A DNA stretch of 64,000 nt, from the IMG/VR virus record IMGVR_UViG_2757320370_000007, positions 1 to 64,000 of that record. One strand, given 5' to 3'. Each line of letters starts with the position of its first letter. The stretch's first letter is position 1. This stretch comes from a virus. The notes below the pieces were generated by a model. The model was not told the DNA's origin. It saw nothing but the letters and a program-made list of their open reading frames with translations, and did no database searches. The position numbers were made by a program, and so were the translations under genes. Below, piece after piece: positions 11,278-22,500 of this stretch.

Positions 11278-12648
11278 TTAGTTCTCCTCTTATTAATATT
11301 TTTAGTCTATATAATCTACCGCCGACCGGAAAATCTCATCAAAAAACTCATTGTTTCCTGCATATCCACTCATATATGACAACATACTTATTAAATCTTC
11401 ATTGCTTTTTTTAAGAATGATCTCATTCATTCTTATTTCATGAAGATCAACATCCTCTACCAACGAGTCATTTTCATTTTGCTATTCTCATAGTTTTGTT
11501 TTATCTCCTTTAAGTTATTATTTAACCGAACAATCTCTTCATCCTTCTCCTTTAGTTTCTTCTGATAATACTCAATTTCACATCCAATACATTGTCCATA
11601 AATGTATGCTGGGTTATCTTGATGTGTCTTGCATACTTTTGACATATGTTCTCCTCCTTATGAATCAGGTATTTGATCAAGAATTTTACTCTTCTTCAAT
11701 ATAAGTTAGTAGATACTTTACATCCTTTTTAATATTCTTACTCTGAACATTCATGATCTGCTGTGCCAATTCAAAACTGATTAATTTTTGATGAGCCATT
11801 TCTGAAACGTTGTTCATTAGGTGAGCATAGTCATAAATGTTCTTTGCACAGCCAGTAAGGTACTTCATCTCTGATTTTGATGGTGACAACATAACATTTT
11901 CTATTTGTTGCTCTTCCGCAATTTTATTGATTGCATTGCTCCAATCAGTGATATCTGCACTCGTTTTATTATTTCGCTTAGTCATTATGCGCTCCCCCAT
12001 CTTTTGATAAATCTAGACTTTCATTAGAATATTAATACCATTCCTCTTCTTCTGAAAAAGCATTGTAATTAACGTTTATTTTCGTATAATCACTAACCTT
12101 TCTCTCTGCTACATTACTTCCCAATTCTCGATGATACTGACAGGACTCATCTTTATGTATGCATATCTGATTGTTCCACATTAATCCTTCTGATGCAGTT
12201 CCTTTATGACTCCAATGTGATTCTGCTGAATAATGTTTGCTTGGATAGCCCCATCCAATACCTACATCACATACCAGCGTCTTTTTGAAAATTTCTTTTT
12301 TCACAAACACGTCTGCGTCTTGTTTAGACTCATTACACTTATTTTGCCAATATGTGCAAAATACATAATCGTCATTACCACTTTTGTTAGCGTAAATGCA
12401 AGTTGAACAATTCAAGATTCTTTCTCCTCCTTCAGCTTCTTAATGTCCCTAAGTAACACTCTGATAAATCTATCTCCGTCAGATGCTCCCCATTCCTTGC
12501 CATTCACCAATAGCGTTACCCAATTTCCATCATCAACATATTTATAAGTACTACCATTGTTTGCGATGGTCTCATACTCAAAAGTTTCTTTAAATCTGCT
12601 CATCATTTTCTCCTTTAGTGTTTTAATAAAACTTGTCTTTGATTAACT

Positions 12649-13494
12649 CTACTTTCGATACACAATCCATTCGCCACAATCAATCTTCTGTTGTGCTTCT
12701 TCTTCTGCTACTGGTCTACCCGATCCATCCGCATAGATACAACGAACCTTTCCTGTCTCATATCCATCGAAATCACGATCCCACGAAATCAGCATCTTAC
12801 CAACAATACGACTATAAACAAACTCACATCCATCAATATCTGTGATATCGAAGTTTTCCACCTGACTCATGTCGCTCCCTTCCTTATTTCCTAATGCTAC
12901 TCTAGCTCGTTTTCCTATATCACGATCCATCAGAGAGAAGAATATTCCACCTTCATATTCGCCCTGTTCCCAGTTGAGAGAATTCGCATACCACATTAAA
13001 GACTCTTCTAACCTCATAGCCCTTTCGTACTGATCGAAGTGCATTTTTTCAAACTCACATCCCTCGTCCTGTAAATGGGCTATGGTCTGCTGTGCCTCTG
13101 CCAATCGTTGAGCTAGTTCTAACGTCTCGTTGTAGTAGTTTTTATAATTGATCGCAGCAATGTTTCGCTGTTGTTGTGCCTCTTCCACCTCTCGTTTCAG
13201 CCGTGCGTTTATCTCACGGAGATGTTGATTATGGGCACGCTCATTGTGGTAGGCATCAAGCAATCTGCGTTTAGGCTGGTCAAGGGCTTGTTTTGCCTCT
13301 GTCAATCTACCTTCAAGCCTTGTTCCAATGTCTAGAGACTCTTTAAGCATCCATTCGCGTTTCGTTAGTTGTTGCTCCGCCTCTTCTAAAGCAGCCAGCA
13401 GTTTTACTGTTAATTCATAGTGTTCAACGTCGCTAAAATCCCATTTTCTTTCCAATGTGTATTCTTTGTACTTTTTGAATTCTTCCGGTATCAT
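12649..13494 (-). CDS. Coiled-coil phage protein, apparently fused in frame to a second small gene starting at 12870
   Basis: EEAEQQ/EEAQQQ/AEAQQT repeats; internal AAGGAAGGGAG RBS before in-frame ATG. Confidence 0.65.
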   Translation of the reverse strand: MIPEEFKKYKEYTLERKWDFSDVEHYELTVKLLAALEEAEQQLTKREWMLKESLDIGTRLEGRLTEAKQALDQPKRRLLDAYHNERAHNQHLREINARLKREVEEAQQQRNIAAINYKNYYNETLELAQRLAEAQQTIAHLQDEGCEFEKMHFDQYERAMRLEESLMWYANSLNWEQGEYEGGIFFSLMDRDIGKRARVALGNKEGSDMSQVENFDITDIDGCEFVYSRIVGKMLISWDRDFDGYETGKVRCIYADGSGRPVAEEEAQQKIDCGEWIVYRK

Positions 13495-13991
13495 TTAGTT
13501 TTCTCCTTTTTGTTCATCAAATTATGTTTTTATGTATTTTCAGACTACAATTTTATAAAACTTCCGTTCATATGACTGTTTGCGATCCTCAGAAACATAA
13601 GCGTAATCACTATTTTTACTCATATTGACAACCGTATCTCCTGAAACAACAAACTGTAAATTATGATATTGAACGATTCTGTAAGGATATGTATTAGTTA
13701 CTCTTCCAGTTTCAACTGCACGTTTAATTTTGAAATCAATTTGATCATATGTATCACATTTATGAGCACTATATGGACAAAGTTCCTGATATTGTTCTCG
13801 AACCAATTGTTTAATCTTCATTGATCAATTCCTCCATTCGAATGAATTTTTCTTTGTCGTATTCACTGAAGGTAGACTCTATATTTTGGTCAAACTTCCC
13901 TTGATTATATGCCATTTGATAATGGTGTCTTCTGATTACATCAAATCGACTGGACCAAATATACGAACAACTAAATTATCGATAATCTTTT

Positions 13992-14543
13992 TCATTGCGC
14001 AATAGCCACCTCCATCAGATTTGTTTCTCCAAACATTTGAGCTAACGCATTTGCAATTTGATTTGCCATATCCATGACCAAACTAAGTCTTGTATTTTGT
14101 AGAACAAAGTATTCCATATATCCTCCAACATTTACAATTCCGCTAATACTATAATCACCCACCCTGCCTAGATCCTTTCCGACTCCAGCACCAGGAGATA
14201 TACCGCCCTTAAATACTTCGATTACTCCAACAGAGGATGAGTTTCCCAGGCAAGCATCAATTGCGATTATGGTTTTATCTAAAGGGATAGAATCAACTTT
14301 TTCTTTCAGATTAACTGCATGAACTGGATTATGTATTGTACCAAGCACGTTGTCGAATCCTAACTGCTCCAGCATTGTTCCAACCATTGGTCCAAGTGAA
14401 TCTCCTGTTGATCTGTCCGTTCCAATGCAGACAAACACGATGTCTTCATTATAAATATCTTTATCAATAACGTGTCTAATCGCTTCAAACAATCCTGTTT
14501 TACCTAACTCCACTCTTCTGAGTCTGGTTCTGTTCTTCTTCAT
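13992..14543 (-). CDS. yyaC: Spore protease YyaC family
   Basis: CIGTDRSTGDSLGPMVG, PVHAVNL, IDACLG, PGAGVGK, LQNTRL. Confidence 0.92.
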   Translation of the reverse strand: MKKNRTRLRRVELGKTGLFEAIRHVIDKDIYNEDIVFVCIGTDRSTGDSLGPMVGTMLEQLGFDNVLGTIHNPVHAVNLKEKVDSIPLDKTIIAIDACLGNSSSVGVIEVFKGGISPGAGVGKDLGRVGDYSISGIVNVGGYMEYFVLQNTRLSLVMDMANQIANALAQMFGETNLMEVAIAQ

Positions 14544-14833
14544 TTAATTTTCCCTCCTGTTATACAAACATCATTATTCACTCTAGACATTTTAAAAGGT
14601 CTGTCCGTTGTTGCTTCATACTTCAGCAGCTCTTCATATGTATCTTCGGTTGGTTTAAATTTATCGCCATTCTTGGTGATATAATCATGTTTGCTATCAA
14701 TTATGAAACTGATTGCTCTTCGCTCATCTTCAACCCAACATTGAGATAGTATTGTTCTGGCTTCATGGCTTAGTTCTGAATTGGTGCTGTTTGTCGAAAC
14801 AATTGATTCTTCTTTACTATTTTTACTTTTAAT
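14540..14833 (-). CDS. Hypothetical protein missing from the ORF track (ATT start); paralog of 52230..52487
   Basis: AGGAGGAG RBS then ATT, 97 open codons, ATGA overlap with yyaC; shared LSxEA...CW...PTEDTYxExLKY. Confidence 0.75.
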   Translation of the reverse strand: MKSKNSKEESIVSTNSTNSELSHEARTILSQCWVEDERRAISFIIDSKHDYITKNGDKFKPTEDTYEELLKYEATTDRPFKMSRVNNDVCITGGKIK

Positions 14834-14936
14834 ATTTATCTCCTCCTATAAAATAAAAGTACAGGCTTTTTGTTTCTTTAACCTGTACTTAGTGTAACAC
14901 TTATTATGTTATTTGTATATATGTTTACTTTATTAA

Positions 14937-15653
14937 TTATGAGAAATATTTTTCTATCCAAGGATCAACTTCAAGGATTGCTGATTTGATTCCTTCTGCT
15001 AGTTGAGTAATTTCATATTGAGCACCTTTTCCCGGCTTACGTTTAGAATAAAAGTCTAGAAGAGTGCGTAGATTACCCGTCATTACGATGTTTGTTGTGG
15101 CTGCGTTAGGGAGAACCATTCGAGCATCTTCTGCTGGCACTCCACATTCACGCAACTCATCGTAAACACCCTGCAAATCATTCAGAGCCACTTCGTAGAT
15201 TCTGTATGCATCCGCATTGTCATCAATAGATCGTGGTACTACGTGTTCAAAACCTCCACTTTTATCATTACTGCCCAATCTAACATAACGTTGACTTTGG
15301 ACACTAAACGATAAATGTCTATGACGAGTCAATTGAGCAAGTAGAGCACGGCTAACTCCTTCTAACGCAAATGTATATGTTAAATGCTCAAGCGTACTGG
15401 TGTGCCCTGAACCAGTTATATGGCGAAATAGACGGTCTGCTTCAGTTCCACCTTGACCGTCAGTAGCTTTGTTCCCAAAGTATTTTTTACCTTCTAGAGA
15501 AATAATTTCAGACGGTTTATTAGGGCTATAGCAACATCGAATAGCGCTAAGAGCAATTGCCGCTCGTTCATTATATTCAAAGTCAATATTATATTTAATT
15601 TCCTCTTTAAATGACTCTGAAAGTTGAGTATGTGCGATAAGTTTAATAATCAT
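14937..15653 (-). CDS. thyX: Flavin-dependent thymidylate synthase
   Basis: GHTSTLEH, RHRHLSFSVQSQRY, EDARMVLP. Confidence 0.95.
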   Translation of the reverse strand: MIIKLIAHTQLSESFKEEIKYNIDFEYNERAAIALSAIRCCYSPNKPSEIISLEGKKYFGNKATDGQGGTEADRLFRHITGSGHTSTLEHLTYTFALEGVSRALLAQLTRHRHLSFSVQSQRYVRLGSNDKSGGFEHVVPRSIDDNADAYRIYEVALNDLQGVYDELRECGVPAEDARMVLPNAATTNIVMTGNLRTLLDFYSKRKPGKGAQYEITQLAEGIKSAILEVDPWIEKYFS

Positions 15654-15682
15654 TTATTAACTCCCTTAAATTTAGTTTAGAT

Positions 15683-15708
15683 AAAAAGGCGATGGATTAT
15701 CCACCGCC
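15683..15708 (-). terminator. Intrinsic terminator
   Basis: GGCGGTGGA-TAA-TCCATCGCC hairpin followed by TTTTT on minus strand. Confidence 0.7.
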
Positions 15709-15719
15709 AGATATAATGC

Positions 15720-16265
15720 TTACTCGAATCTCTTTGCTCCAAGCTCAATTTGATTGTTTGCCTCAATTAGAATCTTTGGTTCTGGAGCATGATCATTTTC
15801 CCAGTTATCGGGCTTAACAACTTTACCAACTTCATTATAATGTGGCTCCCCATCGGGAAATATTTTTCCCATATTGGCCTTATGCACCAGATTAAAAATC
15901 TTATCCGGGATGATGCCTGTCTCAACAAAACCGCCATTTGCGAAATATAAAATATCAGTAAATGCATCAATTTGACCAATTAGTTTGTTGTCAGGGAATG
16001 GTTTCTTGAGTTGCTTATCATATGTTTTCTCTGCATTGAGGATTAGTTCTGCAAAGAATCTATCGAAACGCTCCTTGTCTCCCGCTGTTGCGTATAGCAG
16101 CTCGATTACTTCCTCAAGAATAAATGAAGCTCGATTCATTGAAAGCTTATCAGAAAGTTCAGTTGGGACTTCTGGGGCAGGACAATTGAATGCTTGGTGA
16201 AACTCACGGACTTGTTCGAATTGAGTTTTTTCTGCTTGAAATGGTTGTTTTATCATGTCTGTCAT
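15720..16265 (-). CDS. MazG-like all-alpha NTP pyrophosphohydrolase (dUTPase-like)
   Basis: VREFHQAF, EEVIE, DAFTDILY, VHKANMGK, GKVVKP. Confidence 0.85.
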   Translation of the reverse strand: MTDMIKQPFQAEKTQFEQVREFHQAFNCPAPEVPTELSDKLSMNRASFILEEVIELLYATAGDKERFDRFFAELILNAEKTYDKQLKKPFPDNKLIGQIDAFTDILYFANGGFVETGIIPDKIFNLVHKANMGKIFPDGEPHYNEVGKVVKPDNWENDHAPEPKILIEANNQIELGAKRFE

Positions 16266-16302
16266 ATTTGTTATTTTTCTCCCTTTTTTATGTTTATTTT
16301 AA

Positions 16303-17280
16303 TTAATTCGAGAAGTAAAAATCCTCATCCTTCAGTGCTTCTGTAACCGCTTTTTGATATGAATTTCCTTTTAACGAGAAGAAGTCCATAGACTTTGTTT
16401 TTGTATCTAGTCCATTAATTACAATCTGATTAACTTCTTCTTCATCAAAGTAATTATCGAAGCCAAGGTTTTGTAATGCCTTATTCGCATTGTATCTCAA
16501 GAACTTTTTAACATCGTGGGTCAATCCAAGTCCATCATATAAATCCTCGGTATATCCCAACTCATTATTATAAAGTTGTTTTAGCAATTCGATAGAAAAA
16601 TCATTCAACTCAATCTTAACTACATCTGATTGTTTATTGTAGATTTCCTGTGCGAGTAATCCGATGTACACTCCGTGGATTGCCTCGTCTCGAATTATCA
16701 GATTAATAATTTCTCCACTTTGCATCATTCTTCCTTGACCATAACAGAGTAATGGATAGTAGAACCCGCTGTAAAATAAAAAACTTTCGAGATAAACAGA
16801 TGCCACCATTGCCTTGTAGAGAGAAATTTCATCTTCAGATTTAACATCGTTATAAATATCTACAATGATGTTGGCCTTCCTCTGAAGGTATTTGTTATCC
16901 TTAACCCACTGGAACAAATCTTTAATTTCTTCACTTGGGGAAAGAGTCATAAAGATATTTGAATATGATTTAGCATGAACAGCATTCTCCATCATTGCCA
17001 TAAAGTTTAGAACTGCTTTTCGTTGATGTCCTTCTACTTGTCCTGCGATTAATGGCATACCAGTGTTCCCTTGTTCAGTATCAAGTAATGTTAGCCCTGC
17101 TAAGGCTTTTTTATATGTTTCTTTTTCTTGTAGGTTCAAAGACTTCCAAATCAACAAGTCAGAGTTGAGGCTGATTTCTTCCGGTAGCCAAAACTGTCTT
17201 ACATTTTGATTGTAAAACATCTGTGTAAATGAGTCTTCTTCTGAAGACCAATCAGCAGCATCATATATTTTCTTATTCAA
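16303..17280 (-). CDS. nrdF: Class Ib ribonucleotide reductase beta subunit
   Basis: [31 protein letters not shown]; TTG start after AAGGAG. Confidence 0.95.
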   Translation of the reverse strand: MNKKIYDAADWSSEEDSFTQMFYNQNVRQFWLPEEISLNSDLLIWKSLNLQEKETYKKALAGLTLLDTEQGNTGMPLIAGQVEGHQRKAVLNFMAMMENAVHAKSYSNIFMTLSPSEEIKDLFQWVKDNKYLQRKANIIVDIYNDVKSEDEISLYKAMVASVYLESFLFYSGFYYPLLCYGQGRMMQSGEIINLIIRDEAIHGVYIGLLAQEIYNKQSDVVKIELNDFSIELLKQLYNNELGYTEDLYDGLGLTHDVKKFLRYNANKALQNLGFDNYFDEEEVNQIVINGLDTKTKSMDFFSLKGNSYQKAVTEALKDEDFYFSN

Positions 17281-17299
17281 TAGATTAATCTCCTTTATA

Positions 17300-19396
17300 T
17301 TAGACTGAGCAAGATAAACAATCATCTCTAGTAGTATCTTTTGTTCGCATGTAATAAAGTGTTTTAATTCCTTTGTGGTGGGCGTATAGGTCGATTCGAT
17401 TTAAATCTCTAGTTGTATGAGTATCTTTTAGAAATAGTGTGAAACTAATGCCCTGGTCAACGTGCTGCTGAATCGTAGCAATCATATCTACAACTTTAAA
17501 CATATCCATATCATAAGCTTCTTTATAGAAAAACCAAGTCTCAGGAGACAGATAAGGCATTGGATAGTATGTCTTGGAGTTTCCATAAGTACGTTCCTCA
17601 ATACGTTCCATAATAGGCATTACGGAGGCTGTAGATGATTGAACATATGAGATGCTTCCTGTGGGTGCAATAGCTAGACGATAAGAATGACGTAGGCCGT
17701 GCTTCATTACTTGGATCTTAAGTTGTTCCCAGTCTGTAACTGATGGAATAGTCATGCCTTCAAATAGAGATTTGATCTTATCAAACTTCGGAGAATAATC
17801 ATTTTCCAAATACTTATTAAAATAATTTCCCGAAGCATACTCACTGTCTTCGAATCTATAAAACTTCTTACCCGTCCCCTTAGCAATCTCCATCGAACGC
17901 TTAATGGAGTAGTAATTGACCATCATAAAGAATGTATTTGCAAAATCTCTTCCCTGTTCACTTTCATAAGAGACTTTATTTTTTGCCAAATAACCATGAA
18001 GATTCATCGCGCCTAGACCAATTGAAGTCATTAATTTGTTGGCTTTACTAACTGCTGGAGCATTCTTAATATCTGTCTTCTCAGAAACAACAGTTAATGC
18101 ATCAACACCAATTCCAACTGTCTCTGCTATTGACTTATTTTCCATTACATTAACAATATTGATTGAACTCAGATTACAAGACACATCAAGACCAAGCTCA
18201 TCCTCTTCTTTGTAGTCATGATAACTAGACACATCTGTCAGTTGGAGAATTTCCACGCATAAATTAGAAAACTTAACTTTGCCGATCTCTTTAAGTGCAT
18301 GAACAGCATTTACATTATCCTCAAACATGATGTATGGATATCCAGATTCAAATCTCAATGCAGCCATCTTCTCCAACAGTTTACGTGGATTAACTTTATC
18401 TTTTCTTACATTGGGATTTTCGGCTAATTTATCATACATTTTGTTCAGATCCATATCATCAAGATGTTGACCATATTCTTTATAAACTGTATATGGATAG
18501 AATATATACGCATCCTTATCTTCTCTGGCTAGTTCGATAAATTTGTCTGGAATGACTACTCCAATGGATAAAGTTTTCACACGAACATCTTCATCGGCGC
18601 TTATTTTTTTGGTGTCAAGAAAGTCGTTAATATCAGCATGAAATACATTTAAATATGTCGCTCCACTTCCTTGTCTCTGTCCCATCTGATCTGCATAGCG
18701 AAATGCGTTATCCAGTAGTTTCATTACCCCTACTACACCCTTAGTGGCATTCTCAATCCCTTTAATGGCCTCTCCTTTTGCTCTAATTTTAGAAAGATTG
18801 ATCGAAACACCACCACCCACCTTACTAAGTTGCATCGACATATCAACTGCTTTTGAGATGTCATTGAGTGAATCATTTACCTCCATCAAGAAGCAACTAA
18901 CCAACTCTCCTCTACGCTTACGACCAGCATTAAGAAATGAAGGTGTGCTCGGCTGTATCTCTTGATTGATCAGTGCTTTGACTAATTTCTGTGCTTTAAT
19001 GTAGTCTCCATCTGCTAAATAAAGTGCAACAATTGAAACCCTATCTTCATATCGTTCAAGAATTTTCTTCTTGTCATTAGTCTTTAATGCATAGTCATTG
19101 TAGAATTTAAATGCACTCATGAAAGATGAGAATCTAAATTTCTTAGAATATGCGATCTCAAAGATATTTTTAATCTGTTCATATGTATACTTGCTCAAAA
19201 ATTCTTCTTCGTAATATTCGCTTTCAATCAGATAATTAAGTTTCTCCTTGAGGTTATGGAAGAAAACTGTGTTTTGATTAATGTAATCAATAAAATAACT
19301 CTTTACTGCTTCTTTGTCTTTATTAAATTGATACTGACCATTTTGCTGAATCATAATCTCATTGTTAAGATTGATATATTTATTTGTGTTAGACAA
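17300..19396 (-). CDS. nrdE: Class Ib ribonucleotide reductase alpha subunit
   Basis: QPSTP, VSCF, SNLCVE, SCNL, APTGSIS, TLYY, C-terminal CxSC. Confidence 0.97.
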   Translation of the reverse strand: MSNTNKYINLNNEIMIQQNGQYQFNKDKEAVKSYFIDYINQNTVFFHNLKEKLNYLIESEYYEEEFLSKYTYEQIKNIFEIAYSKKFRFSSFMSAFKFYNDYALKTNDKKKILERYEDRVSIVALYLADGDYIKAQKLVKALINQEIQPSTPSFLNAGRKRRGELVSCFLMEVNDSLNDISKAVDMSMQLSKVGGGVSINLSKIRAKGEAIKGIENATKGVVGVMKLLDNAFRYADQMGQRQGSGATYLNVFHADINDFLDTKKISADEDVRVKTLSIGVVIPDKFIELAREDKDAYIFYPYTVYKEYGQHLDDMDLNKMYDKLAENPNVRKDKVNPRKLLEKMAALRFESGYPYIMFEDNVNAVHALKEIGKVKFSNLCVEILQLTDVSSYHDYKEEDELGLDVSCNLSSINIVNVMENKSIAETVGIGVDALTVVSEKTDIKNAPAVSKANKLMTSIGLGAMNLHGYLAKNKVSYESEQGRDFANTFFMMVNYYSIKRSMEIAKGTGKKFYRFEDSEYASGNYFNKYLENDYSPKFDKIKSLFEGMTIPSVTDWEQLKIQVMKHGLRHSYRLAIAPTGSISYVQSSTASVMPIMERIEERTYGNSKTYYPMPYLSPETWFFYKEAYDMDMFKVVDMIATIQQHVDQGISFTLFLKDTHTTRDLNRIDLYAHHKGIKTLYYMRTKDTTRDDCLSCSV

Positions 19397-19751
19397 TATT
19401 TAATGCCTCCTGTTTTATCTTTTCTACGTCTTTTTTATTTCCCGATAGTTCAAACTTATGTAACAGAGGTACTTCGTATTGTTTTGAAATTGTTTCTGCT
19501 GCACCGCAGAAGAATTTTCCCCAATTCATGTTGCCACTTCCGATTACACCTTTAATGTTTTTGTTATTTAGAGATAGAAAACGATCAACAGATTTTGGAA
19601 CTTCTCCAAATCCAGTTGTGTATGTAATTAATACAAATGGTTCGTGGACTATTAAATCAGGAGTAATTTTGATACTTTTCATGTCTAACTTGTCAACAAA
19701 CCTTTGGACATTTCCTGTCAACGAATCATAAACAGTGAGTAATTTAACCAC
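19389..19751 (-). CDS. nrdI: Flavodoxin NrdI
   Basis: YDSLTGNVQRF, TYTTGFG, SGNMNWG, KFELSG. Confidence 0.95.
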   Translation of the reverse strand: MVKLLTVYDSLTGNVQRFVDKLDMKSIKITPDLIVHEPFVLITYTTGFGEVPKSVDRFLSLNNKNIKGVIGSGNMNWGKFFCGAAETISKQYEVPLLHKFELSGNKKDVEKIKQEALNIV

Positions 19752-19756
19752 CTCCT

Positions 19757-20266
19757 CTATTTATCTAAAGATAGAAGAATTGCCTTTCCACATTCTAAAC
19801 TTTCTTTAACGTCCAATATTCTCTGATTCCGACTTCCAGCAAATTTAATTGTAGTGTCCCTCAGTCCAATTTCAAACTTCCCATCAACCAAAACATCGCA
19901 CATTTCCAATAATTTATATTTGTTATCTTTCTTGCCCATCAATTGTTCAATCGTGAACCCCGTATATACCCATATATTAATATCTGGTATTTCATTTTTT
20001 AACTTTATTACAAATTTAATCACTTCTTTTGCTGAGAAAAAACAATCACCTCCAGAAAGAGTTAATCCAGATAGTAGTGGATTTGACTTAATGTCCTCGA
20101 TAATTTCTTGTTGCTTACTTTCTGTAAATTCTTCTCCATAATTCTTATCATGCGTTTGAGGTGAATGGCATCCAAAACAGTTGTGATAGCAGCCGCTAAA
20201 AAACACGACTGCTCTCAACCCCTGACCATCAACAATACTTTCCTTTATGTATCCAGAGATATTCAA
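19757..20266 (-). CDS. nrdG: Anaerobic RNR activase (radical SAM)
   Basis: SIVDGQGLR, CxxxCxxC, GSRNQR. Confidence 0.95.
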   Translation of the reverse strand: MNISGYIKESIVDGQGLRAVVFFSGCYHNCFGCHSPQTHDKNYGEEFTESKQQEIIEDIKSNPLLSGLTLSGGDCFFSAKEVIKFVIKLKNEIPDINIWVYTGFTIEQLMGKKDNKYKLLEMCDVLVDGKFEIGLRDTTIKFAGSRNQRILDVKESLECGKAILLSLDK

Positions 20267-22497
20267 GTGTGACGAACCCTATCACGTTCCTCAGCCCGTT
20301 TTGCTGAGTTGAAATTATTTACATTTCCTGTCAAATACCCTGTCACCCTACGAATTTTAGATATTTTTTCTTCACTGTTTTCACCACAGGCAGGACATTC
20401 TTTATTAATCACTCCGTCATAATAACAAGACATACACTTGTCAACTGGATGATTAATGCTAAAATATCCAATATTTTTACTCAGAGCATATTGCACAATA
20501 TTTTTAAATGCTTCTAGATTATTTCTAGCATTACCATCAAGTTCTACATAGGAAATGTGACCAGCATTTGTTAGTTTATGAAATGGTGCCTCTAGATCAA
20601 TCTTCTTATGAGCAGCAATTTCATAGTATACAGGAATATGAAAAGAGTTGGTAAGATATTCTCTATCTGTTACCCCTTCAATTTTTCCATACTGTTTCTG
20701 AAGCATTCTAACAAACTTTCCTGCTAATGATTCCGCTGGAGATGCAAAACAAGTTACATTCATATCATATTCATCTGACTTCTTATCACAATAATCACGA
20801 ATATATCCGATTAGTTCTTGACCAAAATACCAAACATTTTGATCTTCTCCGTGATGTTTTCCAAACAACGCTTTCAAGCATTCTGCTAATCCAACGAATC
20901 CAATGCTGACCGAACCCATGCGAAGCAAATCTTTAATTTTCTGATTTGGATGGAGTTTTTCTCCGTCAATCCATGATCCATTTTGCATCATAAAATCACT
21001 TGCTTTTGCTGGTTGATTACCTTGAATATCAAAACGATGAAGTAATCCATCAAGTGTAATATCAAGAATCTCATCTAGTTTGCTCCAGAAACCATTAACG
21101 TCAACTTCAGTTCTTCCATTTACTACTCCGTTTTCAATGCCAAGTTTAGTTAGATTAATTGAATTAAACGAAATATTTCCACGACCAGATTGATATACTT
21201 CACCGAATCGATTTGAAATAACTCGGGTTCTGCACCCCATCGTTGCTATTGAAGTATCTGGTTTAGTAGGATCATAATATTGAAGGTTAAAGTCCGCATC
21301 GACATTTACGAAGTTTGGAAAAAGTCTTTTACTGGAGCATTCAATTGCCTTTATAAAAATATCATAGTTTGGTTCGCCTAAATTTTGATTTACTCCTTGT
21401 TTACATTGAAAGATTAGCTGAGGGAAGATTGCTGTTTCTGAATGCCCAAGTCCATTCATAGATGCATTTAGAATAGCTTCAGATATCATTCTTCCTTCTG
21501 TACTAGTACACAATCCAAATGTAATACTTGTGAAAGGAACTTGACCGCCAGCACGTGAGGCCATTGTATTTAGATTATGAATCATACTCTCTGCTGCTTG
21601 TTTCGTTTCCAGTCTTGTTTCTTCTAATGCATATGTATAAGACTTAGGAAAAACTTTCAGAAGATCAGTATTATCAACGTTCAACTCTTCAATGTCCACT
21701 GTTACAAATGTTTCACCGAAATACATTTGACCTTTCTTGAAGTGCTTCACGAATGACTTTGTTACATATGGGGCCAAATCCCAATCGAATTTAGATGCTC
21801 CACAGCCTCCATACTGACTGTTTTGTTGGCACTGGAAGATAATAGCTACCTGAGCCATAGCTGTCATGATAGAGTTTGGAGTGCGTACAGAACCTTTATC
21901 ACTAACCTGGAATCCATCTGCCAATAATTTATCAAATGGAATGAAGATGCAGTTATGTGTTCCAACTGCATAATGATCTAGGTCATGAACATGAATATAT
22001 CCTTCATCTATAGCCTTAACTAATCGTTTTGGAAGCATTACGTTTCTCGCATACATCTTACTATACTCTGATCCAAAACGATTCATTTTTCCACTGTATG
22101 ATTCGCCATTTAGATTAGCGTTTTCTTTAGTGACTTCCTCATTATCTCCAGAAATAATCCCTTCCCCGATCTTAAACAATTCACTTTGTTTTAAGCGCTC
22201 TTCTGTTCTTTTTTGGCGGTATGTTATGTATTCTTTTGCAACATCTTTTCTGCTACTCATCATTAAGTCTTTCTCGATTAGGTCTTGAATCTGTTCCACT
22301 GAATATGTATTTTTACTCTTTTCTACTTGTTGGGTAACTTTCAAAGTGATTTTCTCTGCTAGTTCTTTATCAATTCCTACCTCAGTCATTCTCATTGCCT
22401 TAACAATTGCTTCTGTGATTTTATTTGGATTATATTCACTAAGGATTCCATCTCTTTTAGTAACCTGCGTATCTGCCATCCCCTGTCTATTATTCAA
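20263..22497 (-). CDS. nrdD: Class III ribonucleotide reductase with ATP cone
   Basis: VTKRDG ATP cone, MGCRT, YLTNSFH, CxxC/CxxC, RRVTGYL. Confidence 0.97.
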   Translation of the reverse strand: MNNRQGMADTQVTKRDGILSEYNPNKITEAIVKAMRMTEVGIDKELAEKITLKVTQQVEKSKNTYSVEQIQDLIEKDLMMSSRKDVAKEYITYRQKRTEERLKQSELFKIGEGIISGDNEEVTKENANLNGESYSGKMNRFGSEYSKMYARNVMLPKRLVKAIDEGYIHVHDLDHYAVGTHNCIFIPFDKLLADGFQVSDKGSVRTPNSIMTAMAQVAIIFQCQQNSQYGGCGASKFDWDLAPYVTKSFVKHFKKGQMYFGETFVTVDIEELNVDNTDLLKVFPKSYTYALEETRLETKQAAESMIHNLNTMASRAGGQVPFTSITFGLCTSTEGRMISEAILNASMNGLGHSETAIFPQLIFQCKQGVNQNLGEPNYDIFIKAIECSSKRLFPNFVNVDADFNLQYYDPTKPDTSIATMGCRTRVISNRFGEVYQSGRGNISFNSINLTKLGIENGVVNGRTEVDVNGFWSKLDEILDITLDGLLHRFDIQGNQPAKASDFMMQNGSWIDGEKLHPNQKIKDLLRMGSVSIGFVGLAECLKALFGKHHGEDQNVWYFGQELIGYIRDYCDKKSDEYDMNVTCFASPAESLAGKFVRMLQKQYGKIEGVTDREYLTNSFHIPVYYEIAAHKKIDLEAPFHKLTNAGHISYVELDGNARNNLEAFKNIVQYALSKNIGYFSINHPVDKCMSCYYDGVINKECPACGENSEEKISKIRRVTGYLTGNVNNFNSAKRAEERDRVRHT

Positions 22498-22500
22498 TCT

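Noticed and set aside
13870-13960. Degenerate junction-site candidates at about 13889, 32703 and 35782
   Set aside because: Too many mismatches to distinguish from AT-rich background
16303-19396. Introns or inteins in nrdE/nrdF as in SPbeta
   Set aside because: Both ORFs are continuous and of normal length
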